Assembly (NCBI RefSeq): GCF_001194135.2
Contig: NC_068982.1
Location: 123,098,007 to 123,162,006 of the forward strand
Direction: 5' to 3'
From: Octopus bimaculoides
Lineage: Eukaryota
DNA: 64,000 nucleotides
Below are positions 38,630 to 50,750 of this stretch, in pieces (within the stretch, counting starts at the first letter, position 1; the number at the start of each line of letters is the position of its first letter). A program made the translations under genes and the position numbers. The notes beneath the pieces were generated by a model. The model was not told where the DNA came from, searched no databases, and saw only the letters and a program-made list of their open reading frames with translations.

Positions 38630-39640
38630 AGAGAGGATGGACATTTTTGAAAAAATCACAAAATCATTAATTTTAGCTACAAACAAATTTTGACATCAAT
38701 GTCTTTGTATTGAATTAGCATTTGTCAAAATCAAGTGTAGAAAACATCAATCATGTGGTGTCTGTTTTCATTGATGTATTTTTGAAGGTTTTCTTGGAAG
38801 TTGGCCTCCACTCTCTCCAGCATTGCTCTGTTGACTTGGGTGACTTTTGCACGAATAGCTTACTTCAAATCGTCCAATGTATGGGGCTTGTGTGCATACA
38901 CATGTGCCTTGTTTCCTCACAAGAAATAATCACATATGGATAAATTAGAGGACTGAGGGGGCCAAGGAATGTCAGCAGACTTGGCAATGAGGCAGTCACT
39001 GAAGAGAGGGTGAAGAACATGCATTGATGCTCTGGCTGTGTGGGCCGTCGCCCCATCCTGCTGAAACCACATGTCAAATAGGCATATGTTTTCATTGTAA
39101 TTCAGGTACAAAGAAGTTGTTTATCATCTTGATGTAATACTTTGAGTTCACAGTAATAGCATTTCCATTATTGTCTTCAAAAAAGTAAGGACCAATGATG
39201 GCAGCTTCTCCAACAATGTACCAGACAGTCACTTTTGGGCTGTGCCGTGGTCTTTTGTGCAGTTCTCTCGGATTTTCAAGAGCCCAATAATGACAGTTCT
39301 GTTGATTTCCCCATGCCATTGAGATGAAAAAGAGCTTCATCACTCATTAACAAAATGAGGTTGTCATTTGCCTTGAAAATTGCTTCCATCTGACATGTGA
39401 AGTTAAGCTGCTGTGCATAGTCCCATGGTTTCAACTATTGCCCAATGACCAATTTGTATGGGTGGAAATGCAGGTCTTCATGCAAAATGTGCCATACTGA
39501 TTGATTATCAATGCCCAAGTTCAGTGGAATGCCTCCAAGCAGAGCGATTTGGACTCAAAGCTTGTCTGATGTGTTCCACATTTTCCAGGGTCTGTACCAT
39601 TCGTGGCACCCTCACCAGTCTCCTATTCATTAGTGTATCT
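38630..39640 (-). mobile_element. Tc1/mariner transposase pseudogene, DD41D (rosa/VS-type)
   Basis: Frameshifted minus ORFs: QNCHYWALENPRELHKRPRHSPKVTVW...IIGPYFFEDNNGNAITVNS and WFQQDGATAHTA...PWPPQSSNLSICDYFL. I count 41 residues between the second and third Asp. Confidence 0.9.
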
Positions 39641-39677
39641 CATGTATGAAGTGCATTCACCCATGGCAATCTGAAGT

Positions 39678-41547
39678 GTGGATTTGGTCCAGGAAAAGGT
39701 GGTACAGAACTTATTCTCTCTAATGACAAAACTTTTAAGTAGCAAAGATGAAATTTTGAAAAAGATGGCTGAACATATTAAATCTGTATTGAATCAAGAA
39801 TCCACTATTGATCCTGAAGTAATCAATGAAAGCCCCCAGTGGCCTGTAATTGAAGAACTAGTGGAAGATCCTTCCTTGGAAGAAATGAGTAATGTTATCA
39901 AAAACTTTCCAATAGTAAAGCTCTTGGACAAGACAGTATTCCCATAGAGGTGTACAAGCATAATGGCAGACAACTTGTAAGTAAGCTGCACAAATTGATG
40001 TGTTTGATCTGAGATATGTTCCTTAACAGTTCAAAATGCATCAAATGCACTTGTACAAAAACAAGGGGAAGAGGAGTATATGTGATAATCGCAGGGGTAT
40101 AAGCTTGTGCACAACTGGGAAAATTCTTGTGAACGTGATCCTTAACTGCATCAATAAACATGTAATAAGCAGCAAATATCCTGAATCCGAATGTGGATAT
40201 TGGGCTGGGAGAGGCACAGTTGACATGATATTTGCCCTTCAACAAGTTCAAGAGAAAGCACCTGAACAAAATACTGACTTCTACATGGTCTTTGTTGACT
40301 TGACCAAGGCCTTTGATACAGTGAATCATGATGTGTTCTGGAAATTTTTGCCAAAAGCTGGACTTTCAAAAGCTGCATAGAGAAATGATGGCAAAAGTGA
40401 TATCTAGTAGTCAATGTTCAGAGGTAGTTCCTGTTGCCACTGGAACCAAGCAAGGATGTGTTTTAGCCTCTGTATATTTTTCCATATTCTTTTCAATGGT
40501 GCTCCAACATGCTTCCATGGATTATCATGAAGATGTACAATTCCAGTTTCGCACAAGAGATCTATTAAACCTGAAAGACCAAAGTTTCAGATCAGAGAGA
40601 GAGACCAAGGAAGAGATCCTGTGTGACTGTTTGTTTGCTGATGATTGTGCTTTGATTTCTCATAGATTTGAGGGAATTCAGGAAACGGTCAACAGGTTTG
40701 CTGCAACAGCTCATGCATTTGGACTGGCCATCAGTATCAAGAAGACTGAAGTTTTATTCCAACCAAGACCTGGGGCAGGACATACTCAACACTCAAATGT
40801 AAAGATAGATAACAAGCCATTCAAATGGGTCAGGTCATTTAAATATCTTGAAAGTACAGTAAACTTTAAGAGTACACTTGATGATGAAATCAATGTTAGA
40901 ATATCTAAGGCTTCAAGTGCTTTTGGAAAACTTTCCCATCATTTGGAGGATGAACATGATGTCAGTGTGAAAACTAAAGTGTATACAAATATTATATTTT
41001 GAGCATACTTTTGTATGAGGAAGAAGCATAGACTTCCTACTACAGACATATAAAGAAACTTGAAACCTTTCATATGTGCTGTTTGTGCAACATATGCAAC
41101 ATAAAATGGCAAGATAAGCTATCTAATGTCAAAATCTTAGAAAAATGCAATATCTGCAGTATCCAAAGTATGCTGCTGAGGATTCAGTACAGATGGGTAG
41201 GACATGTTGTTCAAATGAAAAATGACTGCATTCCAAAAATTCTTCTGTATGACCAAAACGTGGAAGGATATTCTGACAAAAAAAGACCTGTCTTTAGATA
41301 TAAGGGTAAGTTGAAGCAATCACTAAAATCTCTACAGCTTAACTTGACATCTTGGCAAAGTCGTTGCCTAGATTGATCACAATGCAACCGAACAATTTGA
41401 GTTGAAGAAAAAGAACAATAGAACTGCAACCAAAAGACACATTTACCCAATCCCAAGCGAAATCAAAATCATTAATGTCCCCATGGTGATTTCATAGCAA
41501 AATCCATTTCTGGACTCCAATTACATTCATGTATCCATCGCAAATAG
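39678..41547 (+). mobile_element. RTE/BovB-like LINE, 5'-truncated reverse transcriptase pseudogene
   Basis: RRGISL, RGTVDMIFALQQVQEK, FVDLTKAFDTVNHD, GTKQGCVLA, LFADDCAL, FKYLES, RWVGHVVQM, and a C-terminal CPHGDFIAKSISGLQLHSCIHRK* zinc-finger remnant, across frameshifts. Confidence 0.95.
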
Positions 41548-41774
41548 ATGCAGCTTCTTAGGATTTTATTTTTCTGTCTTTCTATTACTCTCTTTAACTT
41601 TTAGTCCTCTCCTTCAAACACTCGTATGTCAAAACTGATGGGAGCGATCATCATTATTATTATTATTATTATTCCATTGAGGTCATCATTCTTTTATGGC
41701 GTTAAAATAAAGCACCAGTTGAGTCCTGGGGCTGATGCATTTGACATGGCCTCTCTCCTCAGAAATACAAGCAG

Positions 41775-41990
41775 AATGTGGTGGTGGCAGAATTGTTAGC
41801 ATGCCAGACAAAATGCTTAGTGGCATTTCATCTGTCTTTACATTATGAGTTCAAATTCTGCCAAGGTTGACTTTGCCTTTTGTCCTTTTGGAGTTAATAA
41901 AATAAGTGCCAGTTAAGTACTTGGTTTGATGTAATTGACTAATCCCTTTCCCTGAATTTGCTGACTTTGTGCCAAAATGGAACCATTATT
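41775..41990 (+). mobile_element. SINE family E (ggcagaattgttagcatgcc...gagttcaaattctgcc...(att)n)
   Basis: tRNA-like boxes and (ATT)n tail; partial related copies at 41680-41760 and 42010-42140. Confidence 0.7.
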
Positions 41991-42482
41991 ATTATTATTA
42001 TTATTATAAGAAGGAGTGATAGAATGATGGACAAACTGCTTTCAGTATTTAGTTTCCTCTCCTTATATTTTGAGTTAAAATCCTGTTGTTAATTTTGTCT
42101 TAAATCTTTTCTGGATTGAAAATATATGTATCAGTCATGCACAAGTTTAATTTAGTAAATTATACTCCTTCCCTTGTGCCTCTGAAAAATCAATTTTAAT
42201 AATAGTATTATCATCATTTCATTTTGTATTTGTTTTGTGAGATTTATTTTTGTGACATTACTGTGTATTGAAACGGATTTCATTTTACTTTGGAGCATCA
42301 TTCATCCGATAAAAATGCACGTACTGGACATGCTTCATTTCTTTAATATTCATTAATTATTAATCACTTCATTTGAATTGTGGAAACTCTTTCATCACAC
42401 ACACATATATCTGCAACCTCAATTGACTTCCTTCCATGACTGATATTATTCTTGTGTTTGTATGTTGCTAAGCACGTGTGTG

Positions 42483-42547
42483 TTGCCATGTTACTACATG
42501 TGTAGTTGATCTTGCCATGTTACTACATGTGTAGTTGATCTTGCCAT
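42483..42547. repeat. 29-bp tandem duplication (ttgccatgttactacatgtgtagttgatc) x2 plus a partial copy
   Basis: Two exact copies directly visible. Confidence 0.95.
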
Positions 42548-43429
42548 ACATGCTTATGATGGATGGCAAGCATCCATATGTGTCTGAACTATAACTTGTG
42601 TGTGCATGCTATGTTTTTATCATTCTTGTTGGCTATTTTTTTTTTTTTTTGGTAATATTTTTCTTAGGTGTTTTGAGTTGTAGTTTCTATGACTATAGAG
42701 GTTCTTGTCACCAGTGATTTCCACTTCCTTGCTAGCTTTGCTAGTGCTATTCAACATTTCATTTTGTATTTGTTTTGTGGAAACATTAAGAAAGCCAGAT
42801 ACTGTATTTTGCAGTATACAAGTTGACATAGAATATAGTGTAAGCATACAAACATTACTATATTTCCAAATCCTGCATTTCACAAGGAATTTTTGGCTTT
42901 CCAAAGTCATCTTGGTGTACAAGTTGACCTACTTTTTTGGCCATAAAGTTTGGTCTTAAATATTTGACTTGTATGGTGGAAAGCATGGTATGTGTAATAT
43001 ATGCATTGAACTTTATTAATCTATTGGTTCAACTATAAGTGAACTATACTTTTAGGTTTATAAAAGAGAAATTGGAAAGGTATACTGAATTACAGATTAA
43101 TTGACCATCACCATGACCACCTCAGAAACATGAAGGGTAATGTTGACTCTATCATGTGGATAATAGTAGATTTATCAAATCGTGTTCAATTGAAAAACAA
43201 AATTTTATAAGTAGTGATTAGAAATTTTACTGATAAAAACAAGACAAAACAAAAAAAAACTAATATATAATTAATGGATTATTTAACAGTAAAGTGAACT
43301 GTAACTAATGCCTATGTTTTTCTTGGCAGAATGACCTTTCAAAATAAAATAGAATCTGCTTCAATAACAGTTTTACATTAAAAATTTTGCAAAAACTAAT
43401 ACAAATTGAAATGTTGAAAGTCTTGATTT

Positions 43430-43768
43430 TAGAAAGTGAAAACTCACTGGCGACAAGGAGCTTTATTTCCTTTTTGATGGCAGTCTCTTGATCTGAGAAA
43501 GACTGTTCTGCAAGTTCTTGCTGAACAACCTGCATAGATGATTTTTTTATCGTGATCAAATGTTTGTGCTGTGCATAGGCTCACTCCCTCCATCAGATTG
43601 ACATTGCTTGTACAAGTGCATGGTGTGCTGCACACAAGATGTCAAAGTGATCTCAGAGCAACACAAGATTAAGTATTTTGCTCAGAACACAATGCACTGT
43701 CTGGTCTGGCAGTTAAACTCATGAACTCGCAATCATGATTGCAACACTCTAATCATTTGGCCATGCAC
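43430..43768 (-). mobile_element. SINE family F
   Basis: Reverse complement starts ggtgcatggccaaatgattagagtgttgca and aligns with 44313-44560. Confidence 0.75.
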
Positions 43769-44312
43769 CCTCATTTAATTAGAAACTGTAATTATCATAT
43801 ATGTTAAAAATAGCACACACACATTACTGTGTACCATCATAGATATAACATAACACCAACTACATATATATGCATGTGCATACGTAACATTACATAGGCA
43901 CATGCTTTCAAATACACATACACACACAGTAACATAACCTACACACATGATCGGAAATATGAATAATCCTTACCAGCATGCAAGTGACAAACTACTACAA
44001 AGAAATCAATTGAGGTCAGAGATATGTGTGATAAAAATATTTTTGATAACCAGGTTAACTAATCAGTAATAAATGGATGAGTTACAAATAACCAAATGAA
44101 CTATAACCACGGAATGTGTTTTTATTGTTAGACTTACCTTCAAAGTACAACAAATATCATTAATTTCAGTAATTTTACTACTAGAGACTCATTTTATCAC
44201 TATATGAACTCTGTGAACTTTGGATATATGCAATTAGTTTTATTTATTTCCTTATACTGACAGCACTTCATGTGTACAGAGCCTCATAGTGACATTTTTG
44301 TATGATCTTTTT

Positions 44313-44560
44313 GTGTGTGGCCTTGTGGTTAAGGTGTTGCATTCATGATCACAAGATTGTGGTTTCAGTACCGGGACTGGCTGGTGTACTTTTGTTCTTG
44401 AGCAAAGCACTTCATTTCATGTTGCTCTGCAATCACTTTGACATCTAGCATGTGGCACATCATTCCCTGTACAGACAATGGTAATTTGATGGAAGGAGTG
44501 AGCTACAAACAAATCATCTGTGCAGATTGTTCAGCAAAAAATTTCAGAACCCTCATCTGT
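44313..44560 (+). mobile_element. SINE family F, inverted relative to 43430-43768
   Basis: tggccttgtggttaaggtgttgca...gttgctctg.aatcactttgacatct...tgatgga.ggagtgagc...aatcatct.tgcag.ttgttcagcaa. Confidence 0.75.
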
Positions 44561-45279
44561 CATCTACATCAGAAGAGTTCATGATATATAGTGTGTTTTT
44601 ATGCACTTTTTATACTATTCATTATTTTTTTTTTTCCATTTTTAACTCTCACATTCTAGGTATCATTAATTCGGATATTTCGAGAATTGATTTACTTCTT
44701 TTAAAGATAAATAGTTGTCTGCTGGGGGTTGACATATGAATTTGAAGATCTTCCCTGAGAAGGTTATCTGTTTTAGTTTCCCTGATAAGGAAACTGGCTT
44801 GCTCCATAAAATAGTAATTTTCTGAGACATTTATGATGTTTGCTTATGTCATTTTACTGTCAGGATTCTGTGATTGCATTTTATGAAACCTCAAACGTGT
44901 CTGTACCTATACAGATATTTGTTCTGGCCAAGACTGAATTTTAAACACTGAAACCTTTTAATTGAATAGAACTATCACTGATATAACCTAGATTAATTCT
45001 GGATTATTTTAAGTATGTGACATTATGGCTATAGGTATCCAAGTAAATAATAAATATCCAGGTGAAACATGAACAAAAACATTGGAAAATAGAAAAGAAA
45101 GATAAGTCAAGGTTTTGAACAATGGTTATTTAAGATTGGACAAAGGAAAGAAAAAAAATTTAAGGAAAGGAAAAAATGATATTAATCTAGAGATATAACC
45201 CATTATTGATTGGTAGATAACAAGTATAAGAGTAAAGAAATTTTTAAGTAGAAAAGAATGAGCAATGAATGCTAAGGGA

Positions 45280-45680
45280 AATAAACATCATAAACATGGT
45301 AGGGGGAAAGATGATGTATATAGTTAAGTGTTTGAAAAGGGTGAGATATAGAATTATGTATGTATGTGTGTTTGTGTGGGTGGATAAAGTGGTGTGTGAG
45401 CAAAGTTGTGTTTATATGATGAGTAAAGTGTTAGTATGTGCAAGGGGTCAAGGATGTGTGTGGGGAGGTTGGTGGTGAAAGTTTGTGTGAGTAAGGTTGT
45501 GTGTGCAAATGTGTGCATGTAGGATGTGTAAGGCATGTATGCAATATAGTATAGTGGATGGGTGATGAAGTGTGTGTGTATAGGTAGAGATGGGGGTTAT
45601 TTGTATGCTCTGTATGGGTGTATGTGAAGAAAAATGGTGGGAGAGTATGTGTGTATTTGAGTTATAGAGCTAGGGTAGAT
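45280..45680. repeat. GT-rich low-complexity tract
   Basis: Degenerate (GT)n/(GTAT)n composition. Confidence 0.7.
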
Positions 45681-48149
45681 GTGCTTAAGCAGAAGATCAA
45701 TTTCTGTTCATGGCAATGATAGGAAATGGGAGGACTCTGGTCTTATCTAATTACCAAAAGAGCAATATGCAGATGAGAGTGCATATGGAATTGAAATGGG
45801 GACACAGGCCTTATTGATCAAGTGTTGCTCTCTCAAGCATTCAGTAAATGTTCTCTAAAAAAAATCAACTAACCAGTGACCATTTTTCTCTATGTGCAGT
45901 AATCCTTAAAGTCAGAATTTAATACAGATATTAATATAGATATTTCTGGAGCAGCAAGTGAAGCAGGGAGTGATATGGAAAAAATGGCCTAGGTATATGT
46001 TACATAGCAATGTTGTAGATGAAGAGACAGGTGTTGCAGTGAGAGTGGGCAGGCTGGGGGTTGTAAGGAGTGAAAGCGCTATGGCCTGGAATGTTATCTA
46101 GATTTTTGTCATGTTTGAAGGAAGAAGGTAGTCAGGAAAAATGTGGAAGTTATGGAGTTAGGTTGGAGGAGATTAAAGTGTTGCCACACCCATAGTCATG
46201 ACCCTCGTGTACATATCACCTTTTTGTATTTTGTTTCATCTCATACTCTGTTATGCATGATTTTGCTCTGGCACTTCACTTAAATACAGACATAAACTTA
46301 CCTTGTATTTCACATTCTGTGCATAAATATTTTTCCTACTCTCTTTATTTTTTTTTTTACCTCTTATGCTTGTTACATGTTTATTTTCTTTGTTCACTCT
46401 TCTGTGTCAAAACACAGTTCTTGACTCTAATACTTCCTGTCTGTCATTCAGCATGGTGATTCAATATCTTTGAATCACCATCGTTTTCTCTTTCTTTTCC
46501 TCCTGTACTGTGTTTTTTTCCTTCTTAGCTTTGCTTTTGATTTTGTCTCACTTGTAATGTTAAATTTTTTAAACTATCAACATTGACTGAATGTGGTAAT
46601 TTTATATTCTTCTGTAATATCTGTTTAGTTATACACAAGCTGCAGAAAATATTTCTTCAGATTTTTTTTTTTATTAAGTTAAATATATTCATTCTATTTA
46701 CTTACTTTTATTCTTGTCCTCTTTATATTTTAGCATATTTTAGTTTGGTGGAGATATTTTAGTTTCGTATTCCCTATAGAATGAAGTAAAATGGGAATTG
46801 TTTCCTTTTCTATAACTGAATAAATGAAATAAAACAAGAAATAAATGCAGTGGCTCATCCCCATCTTTGCACTTGCTTAAAAGTACTGTTAATCTGAAAT
46901 AGATTTCTGAAATGTATACATAGACATAAAAATAACATACAGGAGTCTTTTCATGCACCTCTTATTTTGCAAGGTAAAATATGCATTTGTTTGAAATCTG
47001 TCAATCTCTCCCACAGGTGGGAAAACAATAATAGCAGTTGAAACTCTTATAAATAAACAAATTATTGTATATTTTTTGTTCTTGATAACTCTTAGGATAA
47101 GTGTGAAAGAAAGAAAGTGCTTAAGAATATACCAGCGAAATAGCTGGGTTTTAAACCAGTTAACTGCCAGACACTGTTCTCCCATATGTCAGTTTAAATA
47201 AACAAATATTTCTGCTGTATACTTGTATACATGACAATCCACTGTGCTCCATCTCAGCTGCTACAAAGATGGAAAAAGCTTCATAATTCTAATTTTTCAA
47301 ATATTATTGTTTCTTGGGGATGACTACATATTTGTTTAAGAAAGCTGTAAGTGATTATACTAGGATTAAGTATATATGCATGTACAATGATATTTAACAT
47401 ATTTATGTATATTTGAACATGGAAAACCTTATGCTGCAGAAATAGTCTTGTGAGAAATTTCTTTTCATGGAAATTATATGTAAAAACAGATTGGGCCATA
47501 AATAACCTCAGCAGATCATGGAATGCATGTATTTTTGTTTTGTTACGTGTCATCAGGCATGAATACTGAATTTGTTGTTCACAGCTCCATCAGAACAATA
47601 GTTTTGATATTTAAGAACAGCAAATGATAAATTTGCTTGGTCAGGCTGAAATTAATTAGTCACACAGCAGTTTTGAAGAAAATATAGCATGTTTTCAAAT
47701 TCTCTGTTTATAGAAACAGTGTAGTCTCCATGCAGTTGAGAAGTGGGTTTAGATTCGATTTCTGAAAAATATGAAAACAAAGGACATAACCCCAGCAAAT
47801 AGTGAAAAAAGTGCAGCTGAGATGGCAACCTTGCAAGAATTGACTATTGATAAGAGATTCTCAAAGTTTAAACAAAAGATGTGCCTGCATATAATCATAA
47901 AAGAACATGCAATAAGCTAGATGAGCTTTCCAGAACATTATTTAGAATCATTACATATGCTCTCAAAAACCCTTTGCATATTATTCCTTACTTGATATAC
48001 TTTTATTGAGAAAATGAAGGAATTTGTAACTTATTCTACATTAATAAACTCCTGTCATTTACAAAAATCTTATACTTTTGTAAGGTTCCAAAAAGCATAG
48101 TTTTAATGTAAAATATCATAACAGTATTCCCATAGCTTACTACTGTAGT

Positions 48150-48290
48150 CATTGTTGCTTAGTCCCAGCTAATACTATTCCATCTTTTTAGTGTATCAAA
48201 GACCACATTTTCCGATGTGCCTTTGCCTTTTTTAAGGTGGTAGGGTGTAATCTAAGGGAAATTTGGCTGCTATTTCAAGAAAATCTACTG
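48150..48290 (-). repeat. Interspersed repeat (family D) fragment
   Basis: Inverted homology to 21975-22190. Confidence 0.55.
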
Positions 48291-49428
48291 ACGATGGAAA
48301 TGCACCTTCTTTGATTTGCTAATTACCATAGGGATGAACAGTGAAGTAGAGCTGAAAATTTAATTTCAGAGAGCTTCAAGCTGAACCCTCTCTCTAATAG
48401 AAGCTATCTAATATATGTGATCTTTTCTTCCCACATATTAGATGAATCAATGAATCTATCCTATTCATACAAATCAATCTGGTTCTGAATATATTTGATT
48501 ACAGTGGAAATTTTATAATAGTTTATTCTAAGACTAGAATTAGGCAGGTTTTAACAATCAGTTGCTTATAAATTGTTTTCAAGCACTGTTATTCATTTAG
48601 TATTTCATTTTACATTTTTAAGAATTTATTTTAATTTTATAATCTATTCACTGCAGATTTATTTTTCCAAATCTTTTGTAAGAATAGTTTAAAATAGCAC
48701 AACCAATTGCTTGTAAAGATTTCCAATAATGGTGCTGTTTCAATAGCTCTGTGGGTGGCATTGCTGCAAGTGCAAGAAATTCTACTGCTGAATTTGATCT
48801 GCAGGTGAAAGTGATTCTAATCACACTCTTCTTAGTAGTATATGGGAACTCTATCTAAATCAAAACTTAACTGTTTATCTGTTTGCCATTTGTACACATC
48901 TATTGATTTTCATACAGATAAAAAAGAAAAAAGATGAAACCAAAGGAAAAAACCTTACCAAAATAAAGATGAACAATAGATGCTATTCTATCACAGCTTT
49001 GCTGTTTAGTGGTCTTCTTTTTAATAGATTTTAGGAGAGTGAAGGCTGATAAAACTATCTTAAACTGGTAAATTCTTTTATATTCATTGATCTTGTGGAT
49101 GAGTCTGCTAAACAAAAAAATAGATAGCATTTATAAAATTTAGTTGTACATGTGCAGCATCTTTTTAAGTGCATTTTTTATGTATATATAGCTATAATTT
49201 TATCAATTGATACTGGGAGAAAATTAGTAGGTGTTTAGAGTTCACTTCAATTTTAAAATGTTCCTTCCTTAATGCCTGTTGAATTGGCAAAGATAAATGT
49301 TCCCTTGTAATTTGAAGTAATAACTGATGTTTATTGCTTTAGACAAGAGAAGCATACTTTAAACATTGACTTATATGTGGGGGCAGAGATTCAGTTTTCT
49401 ATTGTGTATGTGCCTGTATCCATAGGGA

Positions 49429-49429
<1 letters not shown>

Positions 49430-49459
<30 letters not shown>

Positions 49460-49467
49460 ATGTATGA

Positions 49468-49502
<35 letters not shown>
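49430..49502. repeat. (TG)n(TA)n microsatellite
   Basis: Directly visible. Confidence 0.95.
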
Positions 49503-49505
<3 letters not shown>

Positions 49506-49754
49506 TGTTTGTCTATGTTTGATGTTTTGTTTAAATATGTGCTTGTTTCTGTGTGAGAACTTGTGTATGCATCTGCGAATGCATGTTTGTATGATGTCTG
49601 AAGGTAGATATAGGTGCATGCTTGTTTGGTATGTACCTGTTATATGTATAATATATACATATATAGATGTGTGTGTATGGACATTAATTGATGTGTGTAT
49701 ACATTCATTTGTATTTTCTCAAATTATTTTTTATAGTTAGGGTAGGGTAAGTGG

Positions 49755-50750
49755 CTGACCTTCAAAGATTGGCGAGGTTGATGCAGTTAATGCTCAGTAT
49801 GAACATCTGTAAGTGAATAGTTGCAAGGAAAGTGTGTGTAGGAGGGGAATTCTAAAGGAATTGTAAGCATTCTTGGATGTTAGGATCAGCTAGGGCATAA
49901 TGGTTAGTGCAGAACCTGAAAGTGTAGAGCAGTTTAGGTAATGAGAAGAGAAGATGTGTGTTGAGAGAGCTTTAGTGGTATGTGATTAACTAGATTTAAA
50001 GTGTAGCAACCCTCGAAGGGTATTGGTGAGTGAGTTTTTGCTAATCAGTTGGACGATCTTTTTACATTAAAAAAGTTTTTTTTCTTTTTAGAGATGCTTA
50101 TATATGAAGGGAGGAATGAAGAGTGATGTTGTTTGCCTTGAAGTGCACATTGTTAGAGCTAAAAGAAAGTAAATAATGTACAAAAGGAAGTATATGGGAA
50201 ATATAATTGAATCTTAGGGCACATCACACTTGATATTCTGGTCTCTTCAGTGCACTGCAATGGTATTATCTGACAGGGAGCTTCTGGCATAAGAGATAGA
50301 TTTGAGCTTATAGGCAAACAGTTTGGATATACTCTAATGGGAAGCGAAACCACATTGTTTTTACTAAATTTCCTGTGGGTGAGGGACCACTGGTAAATAG
50401 TACAGAAGAGCAGCTCCTTGATAGATGTGGCTCTATGGAAACCAGACTAGTGATCACTGAAGAAGTTAGTCAAGGTAATTGTTAATGATTATTTTCATCA
50501 GCTTTAAATTGTTGGTGAGAGCTGTATGTTGAAGGTTGCCTTTCTTGGAAATGGTGGACACACTGTCTCATATGTCCTGTAGAGACTGAAAAATTTGGCA
50601 AGAATATTGGCTATCTCTGAGTGCACCCTACATAATAGATTCAGCTTCCTCAGCACATATTACCATGATAGAGACCACAGTGATATCGCTCGGATGGTGC
50701 TGTTAGCACTCTACTGGCACGGGTGCCAGTCATTGAAGATATATATATCA
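49755..50750 (-). mobile_element. Decayed CR1/Jockey-group LINE, RT and 3' end
   Basis: Minus strand FSDH*SGFHRATSIKELL (cf. SD.QYGFR..RST.DLL) near 50410-50465, and a 3'-terminal segment ...FLATIHLQMFILSINCINL resembling the end of CR1-type ORF2. Confidence 0.6.
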
